Below, one piece after another: positions 50,135 to 60,249 of a stretch of 64,000 bases of DNA. Where the stretch lies: contig OY762721.1 in assembly GCA_963666345.1 (NCBI GenBank), positions 2,176,001 through 2,240,000 on the forward strand, in the 5' to 3' direction. A model generated the notes under the pieces. That model was given only the letters and a program-made list of their open reading frames with translations. It searched no databases and had not been told where the DNA came from. The position numbers and the translations under genes are program-made. The stretch's first letter is position 1; each line of letters opens with the position of its first letter. This DNA is from Desulfatiglandales bacterium. GTDB taxonomy: Bacteria > Desulfobacterota > DSM-4660 > Desulfatiglandales > Desulfatiglandaceae.

Positions 50135-52063
50135 ATGTCGCATATACCCAGCATTCAGGATGTTTTAGGCCCAGGCGGCCTGTTGGCCAACTCAATGGAT
50201 AGCTTTGAGGTGCGCACATCCCAGATTGAAATGGCCCATATGATCGCCGGTTGTCTGGAAAATGGTCTCTCAGCTGTTGCAGAGGCGGGAACAGGCACGG
50301 GAAAAACACTTGGATATCTGGTGCCGATTATTCTGAGCGGCCAAAAGGCCATCATCTCAACGGGTACCAAGAATCTTCAGGAACAGATTTATTTCAAGGA
50401 CGTGCCTTTGCTGAGAGAGGTCTTTCCTTTTCAAATCGACGCTATGCTGATGAAGGGTAGAAGTAATTACCTTTGTCTTTACCGGTATCACCAATATTTT
50501 TCGCGGCCGTCGCTTTTCAAGGATTCAAAGGGCAAATTAAGGAAAAAGATCGACAGATGGATAGAGAAAACAGAATTTGCCGACAGGGCTGAGCTTCCCT
50601 GGCTAAGAGACGATGATCCCCTTTGGGATTCTATCTCTTCGACAACCGAACAGTGTGTCGGAGGAGATTGCCCCTTTTACGAGGATTGCTTTTTGAATCG
50701 TCTCAGAGCAAGGGCTGCGCAGTCAAGGCTGATAATCGTGAACCATCATCTATTTTGTGCCGACATAAAGCTTAAGATGGATGGTTTCGGCGAAATAATT
50801 CCCAGATTTCAGGCGGCTGTCTTTGATGAGGCGCATGAATTTGAAGATATCTGCTCCTCTCATCTTGGAGAAAGACTGGGCACAAAGCAGCTTTTGGATC
50901 TGGCAATGGATTGGGAAGACAGTGTGAGGTCCTTTAAGGGTGAAGCGCGGTCACTTGTCATGCCTGCAATTTTGGAGATAAACGGGGGAGTTGAAGGTTT
51001 AAGATCATATTTTGAGAAAAAAAAAGACAGGGACAGGATGCATGAAACGGTCCTTTTGGAATTAAATGAAGGGCCTGTGAGAGTCATAAAATCAGGGCTT
51101 GATAAGCTGAGTAGAAAAGCCCTTGAAAAACGTTCCTCTTTTCAACCGCTAATCAGAAGGGCCGAGGACCTGAAGTGTTGTTTGGAGAAGATCTTCAGCA
51201 CGAGAGGCAATGACTGGCTCAACTGGTATGAAAGGCGAAGCAAAAGTATACTGTTTTACGCCTCTCCGCTCAATGTGTCCGATATACTCAATGAGGCCCT
51301 CTACGAAAGAGTGAAGACAGTGATATATACATCGGCAACGCTTGCTACCGCAGGCAACTTTGAATTTATGCGATCACGCCTTGGGCTTCATAAAGAAATA
51401 AAGGAAGCCATATACCCCTCACATTTCGATTTTTCGAATCAGACGCTTCTCTATATACCCGAGGACCTTCCTCTCCCTGTTCAATCCGGTTTTCCGGATG
51501 AGGTTTCCAAGCGGGCACTGGAGGTCTTTCTGATTACTCAAGGCAGGGCGCTTTTGCTTTTTACAAGCAAGAAAAATATGAATCTGGCCTATTCTTATCT
51601 GAAAGAGAAGATACCCTATTCTATCTTCCTGCAGGGTGATGCGCCAAGGACCGTGCTTCTGGAAAGATTCAGAGAGGATGTCCACTCCGTACTGCTGGCG
51701 ACAGGCTCTTTCTGGCAGGGGGTGGATGTGCCGGGAGAATCTTTGAGTTGCCTTATAGTGGATAAACTTCCCTTTGATTCGCCGTCGGATCCCCTTGTCG
51801 CGGCAAAGATAGACTCGATCCGTGCCGGGGGCGGAAACCCTTTTATGGAATATCAGTTGCCTTCCGCCATAATCGCCTTGAAGCAGGGCCTTGGCAGGCT
51901 CGTTAGGAAAAACAGCGACCGGGGAGTCCTTTCTGTAATGGATTCGAGGATCCTGACCAGCAGATACGGAAGGTTTTTTATTGAAAGTCTGCCTGAGATG
52001 CCGATAAGCCATGATCTGGAAGACATAAAAAGATTCTTCTCCTCATCAGGTACACCTGATTAA
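50135..52063 (+). CDS. dinG: DinG/YoaA-family Fe-S DNA helicase
   Basis: EAGTGTGKT, KGRSNYLC, Cys cluster, DEAH, TSATL, LLLFTS, GVDVPG, QGLGRL. Confidence 0.92.
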   Translation: MSHIPSIQDVLGPGGLLANSMDSFEVRTSQIEMAHMIAGCLENGLSAVAEAGTGTGKTLGYLVPIILSGQKAIISTGTKNLQEQIYFKDVPLLREVFPFQIDAMLMKGRSNYLCLYRYHQYFSRPSLFKDSKGKLRKKIDRWIEKTEFADRAELPWLRDDDPLWDSISSTTEQCVGGDCPFYEDCFLNRLRARAAQSRLIIVNHHLFCADIKLKMDGFGEIIPRFQAAVFDEAHEFEDICSSHLGERLGTKQLLDLAMDWEDSVRSFKGEARSLVMPAILEINGGVEGLRSYFEKKKDRDRMHETVLLELNEGPVRVIKSGLDKLSRKALEKRSSFQPLIRRAEDLKCCLEKIFSTRGNDWLNWYERRSKSILFYASPLNVSDILNEALYERVKTVIYTSATLATAGNFEFMRSRLGLHKEIKEAIYPSHFDFSNQTLLYIPEDLPLPVQSGFPDEVSKRALEVFLITQGRALLLFTSKKNMNLAYSYLKEKIPYSIFLQGDAPRTVLLERFREDVHSVLLATGSFWQGVDVPGESLSCLIVDKLPFDSPSDPLVAAKIDSIRAGGGNPFMEYQLPSAIIALKQGLGRLVRKNSDRGVLSVMDSRILTSRYGRFFIESLPEMPISHDLEDIKRFFSSSGTPD

Positions 52064-52093
52064 TGATTTCAAGATCTTGAAAGGAAAACAGTT

Positions 52094-52669
52094 ATGTCGA
52101 TCAAACCCTGGGAAATTATTTCTCGAAAATGGGATGATGGCTATCGTATTTTCAGATTGAGGACGGACAGGGCCCTTTCTCCGCGTACCGGGCATGATCA
52201 CAATTTCTATGTGCTGGAGACATCCGACTGGGTGAATGTCATCCCTCTTACAGATGAAAACGAGGTCGTACTTGTTAGGCAATATCGACACGGTACAGGT
52301 GAAATAACACTTGAGATACCGGGTGGACTGGTGGAAGGAGATGCCTCCCCCGAAAATGCCGCCTGGAGGGAGCTTCGTGAGGAAACCGGTTGTTCAGGTA
52401 GGGACCTTGTCAATCTTGGAAGCGTACACCCGAATCCTGCCATACAGAACAACAGGTGTCATTCCTTTCTTGCCAGGGGCGTTTTTCCCGCCGGAGGGCT
52501 GAATCAGGATCCCAAGGAAGATATAGAGGTGATAGTGAGACCTCTGAGCGAGATCCCTCTGTTGATCCTGAACGGCACGATAACACATTCACTGGTATTG
52601 GCGGCATTTTATAGATTATTCATGGAGCATGGTGAAGTTTGTCCCGGGGGGATGCAAAATTTTTCTTGA
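52094..52669 (+). CDS. NUDIX hydrolase (ADP-ribose pyrophosphatase-like)
   Basis: RQYRH, EIPGG..E..AAWRELREETG Nudix box. Confidence 0.9.
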   Translation: MSIKPWEIISRKWDDGYRIFRLRTDRALSPRTGHDHNFYVLETSDWVNVIPLTDENEVVLVRQYRHGTGEITLEIPGGLVEGDASPENAAWRELREETGCSGRDLVNLGSVHPNPAIQNNRCHSFLARGVFPAGGLNQDPKEDIEVIVRPLSEIPLLILNGTITHSLVLAAFYRLFMEHGEVCPGGMQNFS

Positions 52670-52737
52670 CAGGATATGGTCTGTTAATCTAATGCTTTGC
52701 TAAACAAAGACAGAGTATTAGAAAAGGAATTTGTATT

Positions 52738-52800
52738 ATGAGCGGATTCAGCGAAAAGTTTTTTTTCTTTTTTATGGGGAGTAATCTGCCCATGCGCTGA
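52738..52800 (+). CDS. Phe-rich attenuator leader peptide MSGFSEKFFFFFMGSNLPMR
   Basis: 20-codon ORF with AAGGA upstream and 6 Phe codons (5 tandem), directly upstream of a terminator and pheA. Confidence 0.85.
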   Translation: MSGFSEKFFFFFMGSNLPMR

Positions 52801-52825
52801 AACTGGTTGAATATCATCTTTAATA

Positions 52826-52864
52826 GCCGCGGGTAGCCATCAATTGGACCCGCGGTTTTTTTTT
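52826..52864 (+). terminator. Attenuator terminator of the pheA leader
   Basis: GCCGCGGGT / ACCCGCGGT stem followed by a T run ending at 52864, between the leader ORF and the pheA RBS. Confidence 0.88.
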
Positions 52865-52881
52865 GGAAAAGGGAGATAAAA

Positions 52882-53988
52882 GTGAACAAAAAGGGAAAAA
52901 ACGGTGAACAGGAGCTTCTTAAAGGGCATGAAGCGGAGATCATGAATCTTAATGAGCAGATCCTTTCTCTTCTCGATAAAAGGCAGGATCTGGCAGCGGA
53001 GGCGGGCAGAATAAGGCAGCAGGAGGGACTTGAAGGCCTTGATCCTGCCCAGGAGGAACATATAATTGAAAGACTGGCAGCCGGCAGCGGGACGAATCTG
53101 GACCAGGGAGCAATAAAATCAATATTCAAGGAGATATTTTCCGCGGCCTGTGCAGTGCAAAATCCCCTTACCGTTTCATATCTCGGACCGGAAACCACTT
53201 TCAGCCATCAGGCGGCATTAAGGCTTTTCGGTAGATCAGCCACCTTTAGGCCTCTAGAGACGATCGAGGAGGTCTTTACAAATGTTGAAAGAGGGAATTG
53301 TCAGAGAGGAGTTGTTCCGGTTGAAAATGCCTTTGCAGGTTCTCTTCATGATACCCTGGATCTGTTCAGTAAATATGATCTGAGAATATGTGCCGAATCC
53401 CTTTTGCGGGTACGCTATAATCTTTTGACCAATGCGGATGATCTGGGGAAAATCGCGCGTCTTTATGCCCATCCGACCGTGGTTGAGCAGTGTAAGGCCT
53501 GGCTTTTGAACCACCTTCCAGAGATACAGGTCAAAAAAGTAGAAAGTTCTTCAAAGGCCGTGATTATGGCCTCGAAAGATCCTGAAGCGGCGGCACTGGG
53601 AGGCAACCTTTCAGCAAAGACCTATGGAGTGAAAATCCTTGCCGAGGATATTGAAGATCATCCCGACAATGTGACACGCTTCTTTGCGATCTCCAGAAAC
53701 GACTGTCCCGTAACGGGCAATGACAAGACGACCATCCTTTTTTCGGTAAACCACAAGCCGGGTGCCCTTTACGAGGCGCTCAAGGTGCTGGCGAAGCGCA
53801 AGATAAACATGAGCAAGATCGAATCCAGGCCTCTCAGGACAAGGGGCTGGGAGTACCTCTTTTTCATGGATATCGAAGGTCACAGGGCTGATCATGAAAT
53901 AGGAGTGTCCCTGAGCAAGATGAAAGATAAATGCGAGGAATTCAAGATAATCGGATCATACCCCGTAGCAAAAAGTCCATGGCCCTGA
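52882..53988 (+). CDS. pheA: Chorismate mutase / prephenate dehydratase (P-protein)
   Basis: N-terminal CM-like helices, YLGPETTFS, VVPVEN, NVTRF, ACT with KPGAL and IESRP; GTG start with GGAG upstream. Confidence 0.93.
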   Translation: MNKKGKNGEQELLKGHEAEIMNLNEQILSLLDKRQDLAAEAGRIRQQEGLEGLDPAQEEHIIERLAAGSGTNLDQGAIKSIFKEIFSAACAVQNPLTVSYLGPETTFSHQAALRLFGRSATFRPLETIEEVFTNVERGNCQRGVVPVENAFAGSLHDTLDLFSKYDLRICAESLLRVRYNLLTNADDLGKIARLYAHPTVVEQCKAWLLNHLPEIQVKKVESSSKAVIMASKDPEAAALGGNLSAKTYGVKILAEDIEDHPDNVTRFFAISRNDCPVTGNDKTTILFSVNHKPGALYEALKVLAKRKINMSKIESRPLRTRGWEYLFFMDIEGHRADHEIGVSLSKMKDKCEEFKIIGSYPVAKSPWP

Positions 53989-54182
53989 ACGTAATTGTCG
54001 CTTCGGTAACTTGACGTTGCAGGCGATAGGAGCAAAATGGAATTTGTCATGGACATAATTCTCAGTTCATGTTATCTGGATACTTTTGTTTTTTAAGCCT
54101 TTTTTTGGGTTAATTTTTATATCCTATATCTTTCTAGGGGTCTTAGATATCCAGAGGCCATTTACTGAGGAGGGTTCAGCTG

Positions 54183-56090
54183 ATGTTGCTGAGTATCATG
54201 AGGAGACATGCCAAATCCTGGCTGATAAAGCTCCTGATAGCCATAATAGCCGTAGTTTTCGTTTTCTATTTCGGTTATTCCTTTACCGCCAAGCAGGTAA
54301 CCAAGATAGCCTATGTAAACGGGGAAATCATAAGCGGCCTTGAATATCAGAAGGCATATTGGGATTTGAGGGAGTCCCTTCAGAAAAAATACAAGGACCT
54401 GTGGAACGAAAACTTCGTGAAACTTTTTGATCTTAAAAACAGGGCACTTCAGGGGCTCATAGATCGAAAACTTATCAGCCAGGAGGCAAAACGACTAGGG
54501 CTTGATGTCACGGAAGAAGAGGTCCAGCAGGCGATTATAAATTATCAGCCTTTTCAGACAAACGGCACCTTTGACATGTCGCGTTACAAGGGCCTTCTGG
54601 CCCAGAACCGTCTGGAAGCCGACGCTTTTGAGGCGGACATGGCAAGACGCCTGCTTGATTCCAAGCTGCAGCAGTTTTTATTCGGATTTCTGGCATTAAC
54701 TGAAAAGGAACTTGTCGATTTCTATACCTATTCAAATGAAAAGGTCAAAGTCTCCTATGTAACATTCCAGCCTGAAAGTTTTAAGCATACGGTCAGCATA
54801 GACCCTGCCAAGATGAAAGACTACTTTGAAGAGAACAAAGAGGGCTTTAGAATTCCTGAAAAGATTCGTCTTGCCTACATTGAAATTGACCCGGCAAATT
54901 TCAATAAACAAATCGGTGTGAAAGAGGAACAGGTCAAGGATTATTATGAGTATCATATCGATTCCTTTTCCGAACCCAAGAAGGTAAAGGCCCGGCATAT
55001 ACTCTTCAGGCTGGATCCGGACGCTGTCGAAGAGAAAGAAAAAGAGGTCAGGACCAGGGCCCGGGAGGTACTTGAAAAGGCCCGTGAGGGTGAAGATTTT
55101 GCTGAACTGGCAAAGGAGTACTCAGAGGGTCCTACAAAGGAAAATGGTGGAGATCTGGGATATTTTTCCCCAGGTCAGATGGACAAATCTTTTGATGAGG
55201 CGGTCTTTTCCTTAAAGAAAGGAGAAATAAGCGAACCGGTAAGGACCCGGTTCGGTTATCATATAATACTGGCCGAGGATCTCAAGGAGGCCTTCACGAG
55301 AAGCCTTGAAGATGTGCACCGGGAAATTGAAGATACATTAAGGGGCATTGCAGGCGGGGAACTTGCTCATGAAAGGGGCCTTATCCTGTTAGACCAGATG
55401 CCTTACGATATAGACCTTGCAGAGTATGCCAAAGAGCATGAACTTGAGGCGAAACAGACAGAGCCTTTTTCAGTTAATGAGTCGATTCCCGGAATAGATG
55501 ATAATCAGAAACTGCGGCAGTCACTTTTCGCCCTTAAAGGAAAAGAGACGAGTGATCTGATTGAACTTGGTGGAAAATTTTACATCTTTCAGGTTTCTGA
55601 CAGGAAAGACTCATCCCTTCCTGAGCTTGATGAGGTAACCGAAGAGGTTAAGGATGCCTTTGTTGCGTTCATGGCGGCCGAGCAGGCAAAGGCAAAGGCA
55701 AATGAGTTCCTTAACGAGATAAAACAGGGTAAGGCCTGGGATCAGGCTGCCGAAGAGATGCATGTGGACCCGCAGATGAGCGAATTTTTCAGGAGGCTCG
55801 ATCCCATTGCCGAGATAGGGGCTACTCCCCAGCTGATGGAGATGGTCTTTTCTCTTAATAAAGACCGGGTTTACCCTGAGGATATATATGAAAATGAAAA
55901 AGGCGTCTTTGTCTTCAGGTGGGAAGACCATCAAGATATAGATGCTGCAAAATATGAAGAGGAAAAGGAACAATATCGCCTTTCCCTGATGAGGGTAAAG
56001 CAGGGCCGCGCCTATGAAAACTGGCTCAACAATCTCAGAAAGAACGCGGAAATAGAGATCGTTACCCCTGTTTCAGATGATAAGCCCTGA
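54183..56090 (+). CDS. ppiD: PpiD/SurA-family membrane-anchored peptidyl-prolyl isomerase
   Basis: N-terminal TM, SurA_N region, parvulin ARHIL..FAELAKEYSE..GGDLG..FGYHII. Confidence 0.88.
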   Translation: MLLSIMRRHAKSWLIKLLIAIIAVVFVFYFGYSFTAKQVTKIAYVNGEIISGLEYQKAYWDLRESLQKKYKDLWNENFVKLFDLKNRALQGLIDRKLISQEAKRLGLDVTEEEVQQAIINYQPFQTNGTFDMSRYKGLLAQNRLEADAFEADMARRLLDSKLQQFLFGFLALTEKELVDFYTYSNEKVKVSYVTFQPESFKHTVSIDPAKMKDYFEENKEGFRIPEKIRLAYIEIDPANFNKQIGVKEEQVKDYYEYHIDSFSEPKKVKARHILFRLDPDAVEEKEKEVRTRAREVLEKAREGEDFAELAKEYSEGPTKENGGDLGYFSPGQMDKSFDEAVFSLKKGEISEPVRTRFGYHIILAEDLKEAFTRSLEDVHREIEDTLRGIAGGELAHERGLILLDQMPYDIDLAEYAKEHELEAKQTEPFSVNESIPGIDDNQKLRQSLFALKGKETSDLIELGGKFYIFQVSDRKDSSLPELDEVTEEVKDAFVAFMAAEQAKAKANEFLNEIKQGKAWDQAAEEMHVDPQMSEFFRRLDPIAEIGATPQLMEMVFSLNKDRVYPEDIYENEKGVFVFRWEDHQDIDAAKYEEEKEQYRLSLMRVKQGRAYENWLNNLRKNAEIEIVTPVSDDKP

Positions 56091-56133
56091 GATGAAAAAG
56101 GCCTTTTAAAGTTAGGGCCGGGACTTTCAATCA

Positions 56134-56616
56134 TTAGGAATCATCATGTATTGCTATCGGATAAAGCCGATCATTGAGGGGCAGATAAAATAAGCCTTGT
56201 TTTTCTGTTATGAATCCGGCTATCTGGTAGTAGGCAGCCCTTGTGAATCTGGCGGGAAAAACAGCATCTTTTACTCTGCAGTAAAGCACGTTTTCCTTTC
56301 CAACAGACAGGGTTTCAGGCGCAAGCTCTTCTTTCAGATCATCACTGAGATAGAGCATATAGCATTCACCGCCACCTTCTTTTTCAGGCCTGCGCACGAC
56401 CCTCCTTACCACATGAGCGGTGTCTTCCACCTCAACGTAACAGGTCGTTCCATTCCAGTTGATAACATAGGTCCCTTCAGGGGTAAGCCCCATATTTTCG
56501 TAGAACAGTCTGATAAAATCCCTGTGTATCATTTCCGATCCCTTGTGGAACCAGCGTCCTTCTTTATCTATATGGATCAGGCAGGGGGAAAGTCGTTCCA
56601 TCTCATTTTTATTCAT
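56134..56616 (-). CDS. DUF1285-like protein
   Basis: IDKEGRWFHKG, VEVEDT, ARFTRAAYY; GAGG before ATG 56616. Confidence 0.75.
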   Translation of the reverse strand: MNKNEMERLSPCLIHIDKEGRWFHKGSEMIHRDFIRLFYENMGLTPEGTYVINWNGTTCYVEVEDTAHVVRRVVRRPEKEGGGECYMLYLSDDLKEELAPETLSVGKENVLYCRVKDAVFPARFTRAAYYQIAGFITEKQGLFYLPLNDRLYPIAIHDDS

Positions 56617-56933
56617 GTAGTCAAACCTCAACCGGATTCGCTTTTTTATCATGAGACGCAACCGCGTCTTTTGCACGATTTGAAAAAGGTTAACCAAAAG
56701 CGATGATTTATTCAACCGTTTCCTTTTTATTAACGGCCCTGTTGAGCGCTGATCGATCCATAAGATATGATCCTTGACAAGCTTAAGCCATTTCATCCAA
56801 AATGTTGATAAGGAATCAGGGTTATCCCTATAACAGGTTAAAAAATAATGCCCTGAAGTTTTGTTAAATATGTCTTCCGCGTGGTTTAAACCGGAAATTT
56901 GAATAATTTATGTTTTCAAAAGGGGGAATGGCT

Positions 56934-58229
56934 ATGACTTCTAAAATCGGGGAAAAATCTCAGGAGTTCTACAAGGCGCTTGAAATCGGCCGACCGCCCA
57001 ATATAGTGCGCCTTTTTCCAAATTCAGAGGCCCTTATTGTAAGCGGAAAGGTAATCGACAGGGCCCTGCTCGCAAAAGGAAAGGCCATGACAATAGCTGC
57101 AAACGGCAGGAATTATTTTGTGATAAGGGGGGCGCTCAAGGCTGCGCAGCGAGCCGATGCGGCCATAATTATAGAGATCGCAAAATCAGAGGGAGGTGCA
57201 AAGGCATATTGTGCGTGTAGCTTCTGGAACCTTGCCCGACAGGTTGACGCCGTGTGCAATGAGCTGGGAATAACCGTTCCTGTTGCGATACATGCCGACC
57301 ATTACGGCATAAAGGATAAAAAAGATATCGGGGTGGCGGAGGTGGAGATACCCTCACTCTTTGATGCAGGAATTACATCCATTGCAATAGATGCCTCCCA
57401 TCTGCCGGATGACGAAAATCTTCTTGCCGGTATTGCGTTGAATTCATACCTGCCCAAGTGGGCGGGATATGAAACAGAGGTGGGTGAAATAAAGGGGAAA
57501 GAGGGCCTGTCGACAATGGAAGAGGCGCTTTTTCTTATCCAGGGCCTGAATGCCCATGATATCTTTCCGGACTGGATAGCCCTTAACAACGGAACAACCC
57601 ACGGCATTGAAGAAAGCGACCAGGGAATCCAGGTAGGGCTTACCTCACAGATTCACGATGCACTTGTGAAATATAAGGTATCCGGTGCCCAGCACGGCAC
57701 CTCGGGAAATAGTTCCGAACGGCTTAAAGACATAGCGAAAAATACCATAACCACCAAGGCAAATGTGGCGACCGCTCTTCAGATGATAAGCTGGGGTGTG
57801 AAGGTAAACGACTATGGAAATGCAATGCTTGATTCAAACGGCGAGTTCGTGAAGGTCTCTGAGCAGGGGATAACAGATGCCCTATGGGGTGAAATGGTCT
57901 CCTATGCAAAGGAAAAGGGTCTTAAAGGGGGTGACTATAAAAGGCTTAATATCGTCTTTGAAAATCGCCTTTGCGGCCTGCCCCTTCAGATCAGGGAGCG
58001 TGTGGTTAAGGGCGTCGAAGAGTTTGTTTATGATCTTTTGAAAAATGTCTTCAATGCGGAAGGCACGGCGGAATTAGGTATAGAAGCCATTCTTGAGGCT
58101 GATTCGTACGATCTGGGCCCCAAGGCGACCCGCATTGAAACGCCTGAAATGTGGACAGAGGAGATGATCCATAAAAAGGCCTTACATCTGAATGTCGACG
58201 CCGGTTCAAAAGGTGATTTTGATGATTGA
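56934..58229 (+). CDS. fba: Class II fructose-bisphosphate aldolase
   Basis: HADH, IDASH, ETEVGEI, NGTTHG, QHGTSG, KANVAT. Confidence 0.85.
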   Translation: MTSKIGEKSQEFYKALEIGRPPNIVRLFPNSEALIVSGKVIDRALLAKGKAMTIAANGRNYFVIRGALKAAQRADAAIIIEIAKSEGGAKAYCACSFWNLARQVDAVCNELGITVPVAIHADHYGIKDKKDIGVAEVEIPSLFDAGITSIAIDASHLPDDENLLAGIALNSYLPKWAGYETEVGEIKGKEGLSTMEEALFLIQGLNAHDIFPDWIALNNGTTHGIEESDQGIQVGLTSQIHDALVKYKVSGAQHGTSGNSSERLKDIAKNTITTKANVATALQMISWGVKVNDYGNAMLDSNGEFVKVSEQGITDALWGEMVSYAKEKGLKGGDYKRLNIVFENRLCGLPLQIRERVVKGVEEFVYDLLKNVFNAEGTAELGIEAILEADSYDLGPKATRIETPEMWTEEMIHKKALHLNVDAGSKGDFDD

Positions 58230-58264
58230 GCATGATTTTGACAACGGGTGATTAAAGGATAGAC

Positions 58265-59299
58265 ATGAAATTCAATCCAAAAAGTAGAAGCAAAAACCAT
58301 CTCTGGATAAAGGATATCTGTGAGGGGGCCAGGATAGCTGATCTATACCTTGTGAAGGGGAAGACAGGTGGAACAACCAAGAAAGGCGAGCCCTTTATAA
58401 GCCTTGTTATCGCAGATATAACCGGAGAGGTGGAGGCGAAGATCTGGGATCGGGCCGATGAGCTTTCCTCCCTTTTCAGGGAAGGGGATATAATCGGAAT
58501 ATCGGGCAGTGCAGGTTCCTACAGAGGCAGGCGCCAGGTTATTATTTCAGATATCATGATTCCTGAAGAAGGGGTTGATGAAAAAATATTCATAGAATCA
58601 AGCCCCTTTGATCGCTCGGAGATGGCCGTTTCTCTTAAAGAAATATTGGAAGCTGTAAAAAACAGTCACCTTTCAAGACTTATCAAGGCATTCCTGGGGG
58701 ATCATGAGTTTCTTTCCATTTTCAAAAGGGCCCCAGCCGCGAAGAATTTCCATCACAATTATATAGGAGGACTTCTGGAGCATACCCTTTCAGTATGCAG
58801 GCTTGCGGACAGCGTGGCTGATCAATACGAAACCCTGGATAAGGATCTACTTTTAACGGCGGCATTTTTACATGACATAGGAAAAATCAGGGAGTTTGCC
58901 TTTGAAAGGAATATCGAATACACGGACGAGGGCAGACTGATCGGACATCTGGTTATAGGTGCGGCCATGGTGGATGAAAAACTGGCCGATTTGAAGACCT
59001 TTCCCCAAGGACTTGCAACTAACTTGAAGCATCTCATTTTGAGCCACCATGGGGAGCATGAATTCGGATCCCCTAAAAGACCAAAATTTCTGGAGGCATT
59101 CGCCCTCCACCTGATAGATGATCTGGATGCCAAGATAAACGGTCTTGGCCGCTTTATGGAAAGAGACCAGCAGGAGGGTATCTGGACGGATTTCAACCGG
59201 TTGTTCGGTCGCTATTTTTTAAAGGGAGAGCTCCCCGGCCCTAAGGAGGACAAGGTAACGAGAAATAAGCAAGAGGAAAGGCAGGCCTCTCTTTTTTGA
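58265..59299 (+). CDS. yhaM: YhaM/Cbf1-family OB-fold + HD 3'-5' exonuclease
   Basis: D.TGEVEAKIWD OB fold, PAA..HH.Y.GGLLEH, HDIGK, ILSHHG, DDLDAK. Confidence 0.9.
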   Translation: MKFNPKSRSKNHLWIKDICEGARIADLYLVKGKTGGTTKKGEPFISLVIADITGEVEAKIWDRADELSSLFREGDIIGISGSAGSYRGRRQVIISDIMIPEEGVDEKIFIESSPFDRSEMAVSLKEILEAVKNSHLSRLIKAFLGDHEFLSIFKRAPAAKNFHHNYIGGLLEHTLSVCRLADSVADQYETLDKDLLLTAAFLHDIGKIREFAFERNIEYTDEGRLIGHLVIGAAMVDEKLADLKTFPQGLATNLKHLILSHHGEHEFGSPKRPKFLEAFALHLIDDLDAKINGLGRFMERDQQEGIWTDFNRLFGRYFLKGELPGPKEDKVTRNKQEERQASLF

Positions 59300-59330
59300 T
59301 ATTTATCTTCTGCCAAAATCTCATGCGGCG

Positions 59331-60044
59331 CTATCGATCCCCTTTTATCATGGGAACAAATCTGACAGGCAGGACGTCCCTTGTCTCAAGTTTTCCCCCT
59401 TTTTTTATGCCGATTATAAGCCTCTGGACCCCTCCCCTCCTGCCTACCGGAAGGACAAGCCTTCCCCCGTTTGTGAGTTGATCAACAAGGGGCCTTGGAA
59501 TCTTTTCCGGTGCGCAAGTCACGATTATTGAGTCAAAGGGGGCCTTTTCAGGCCAGCCCTTATACCCGTCGCCGGTTTTTACGACGATATTTTCATACCC
59601 CAGGATTTTCAGGGTCTTTTCAGCCCTTCTGCCAAGGCTTTCGATAATTTCGATTGTGTAGACTTCGGCTGCCAGTTCCGCCAGAATGGCTGCCTGATAG
59701 CCTGACCCTGTTCCTATTTCAAGAATCCTGTGGCCAGGTGCCGGCTCGAGGAGCTGAGTCATTAAGGCCACGATAAATGGTTGGGATATGGTCTGCCCCT
59801 CTCCTATTGGAACAGGAGAATCAATGTAGGCGGAATGCCTCTTTGCCTTTGGTATGAAGAAATGGCGCGGGACCTTCCTCATGGCCTTGATCACCTCCGG
59901 GGAATCAATCCCTCGGGCGATTATCTGCTCATTCACCATCTGTTGCCTTTTGGCGTAGTATTTGTCTTTATCTCCTGCAGGGGCCTTTTGTGGAACAAGG
60001 AGACAAAGAAAAGAAAACAGCAATAAGATTGATGTATTTTTCAT
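59331..60044 (-). CDS. pcm: Protein-L-isoaspartate O-methyltransferase with N-terminal signal-like peptide
   Basis: VPRHFF, GQTISQP, LEIGTGSGYQAA, GDGYKGW, VRFVPM. Confidence 0.93.
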   Translation of the reverse strand: MKNTSILLLFSFLCLLVPQKAPAGDKDKYYAKRQQMVNEQIIARGIDSPEVIKAMRKVPRHFFIPKAKRHSAYIDSPVPIGEGQTISQPFIVALMTQLLEPAPGHRILEIGTGSGYQAAILAELAAEVYTIEIIESLGRRAEKTLKILGYENIVVKTGDGYKGWPEKAPFDSIIVTCAPEKIPRPLVDQLTNGGRLVLPVGRRGGVQRLIIGIKKGGKLETRDVLPVRFVPMIKGDR

Positions 60045-60249
60045 GGAATGCCTCCGATCTTTTCAGGTCAGGTGCCTGTTAAGGATAGTAAGGTCGTTTG
60101 AAATGGTTATAAAATGAAGCTATAATCAAGAAAATAAAAACAGATCGAGCATAAAGAACAGGCGGAAAAACAGGTAAAATCCGTATCTCAGGCAAGAATA
60201 TCCAATTTGAATTTCATGCGCAAGTCTCGTTTCTCCTTATGGCGGCAAT

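Noticed and set aside
52689..53198. 169-aa antisense ORF over the pheA leader
   Set aside because: Explained by pheA and the attenuator on the plus strand.
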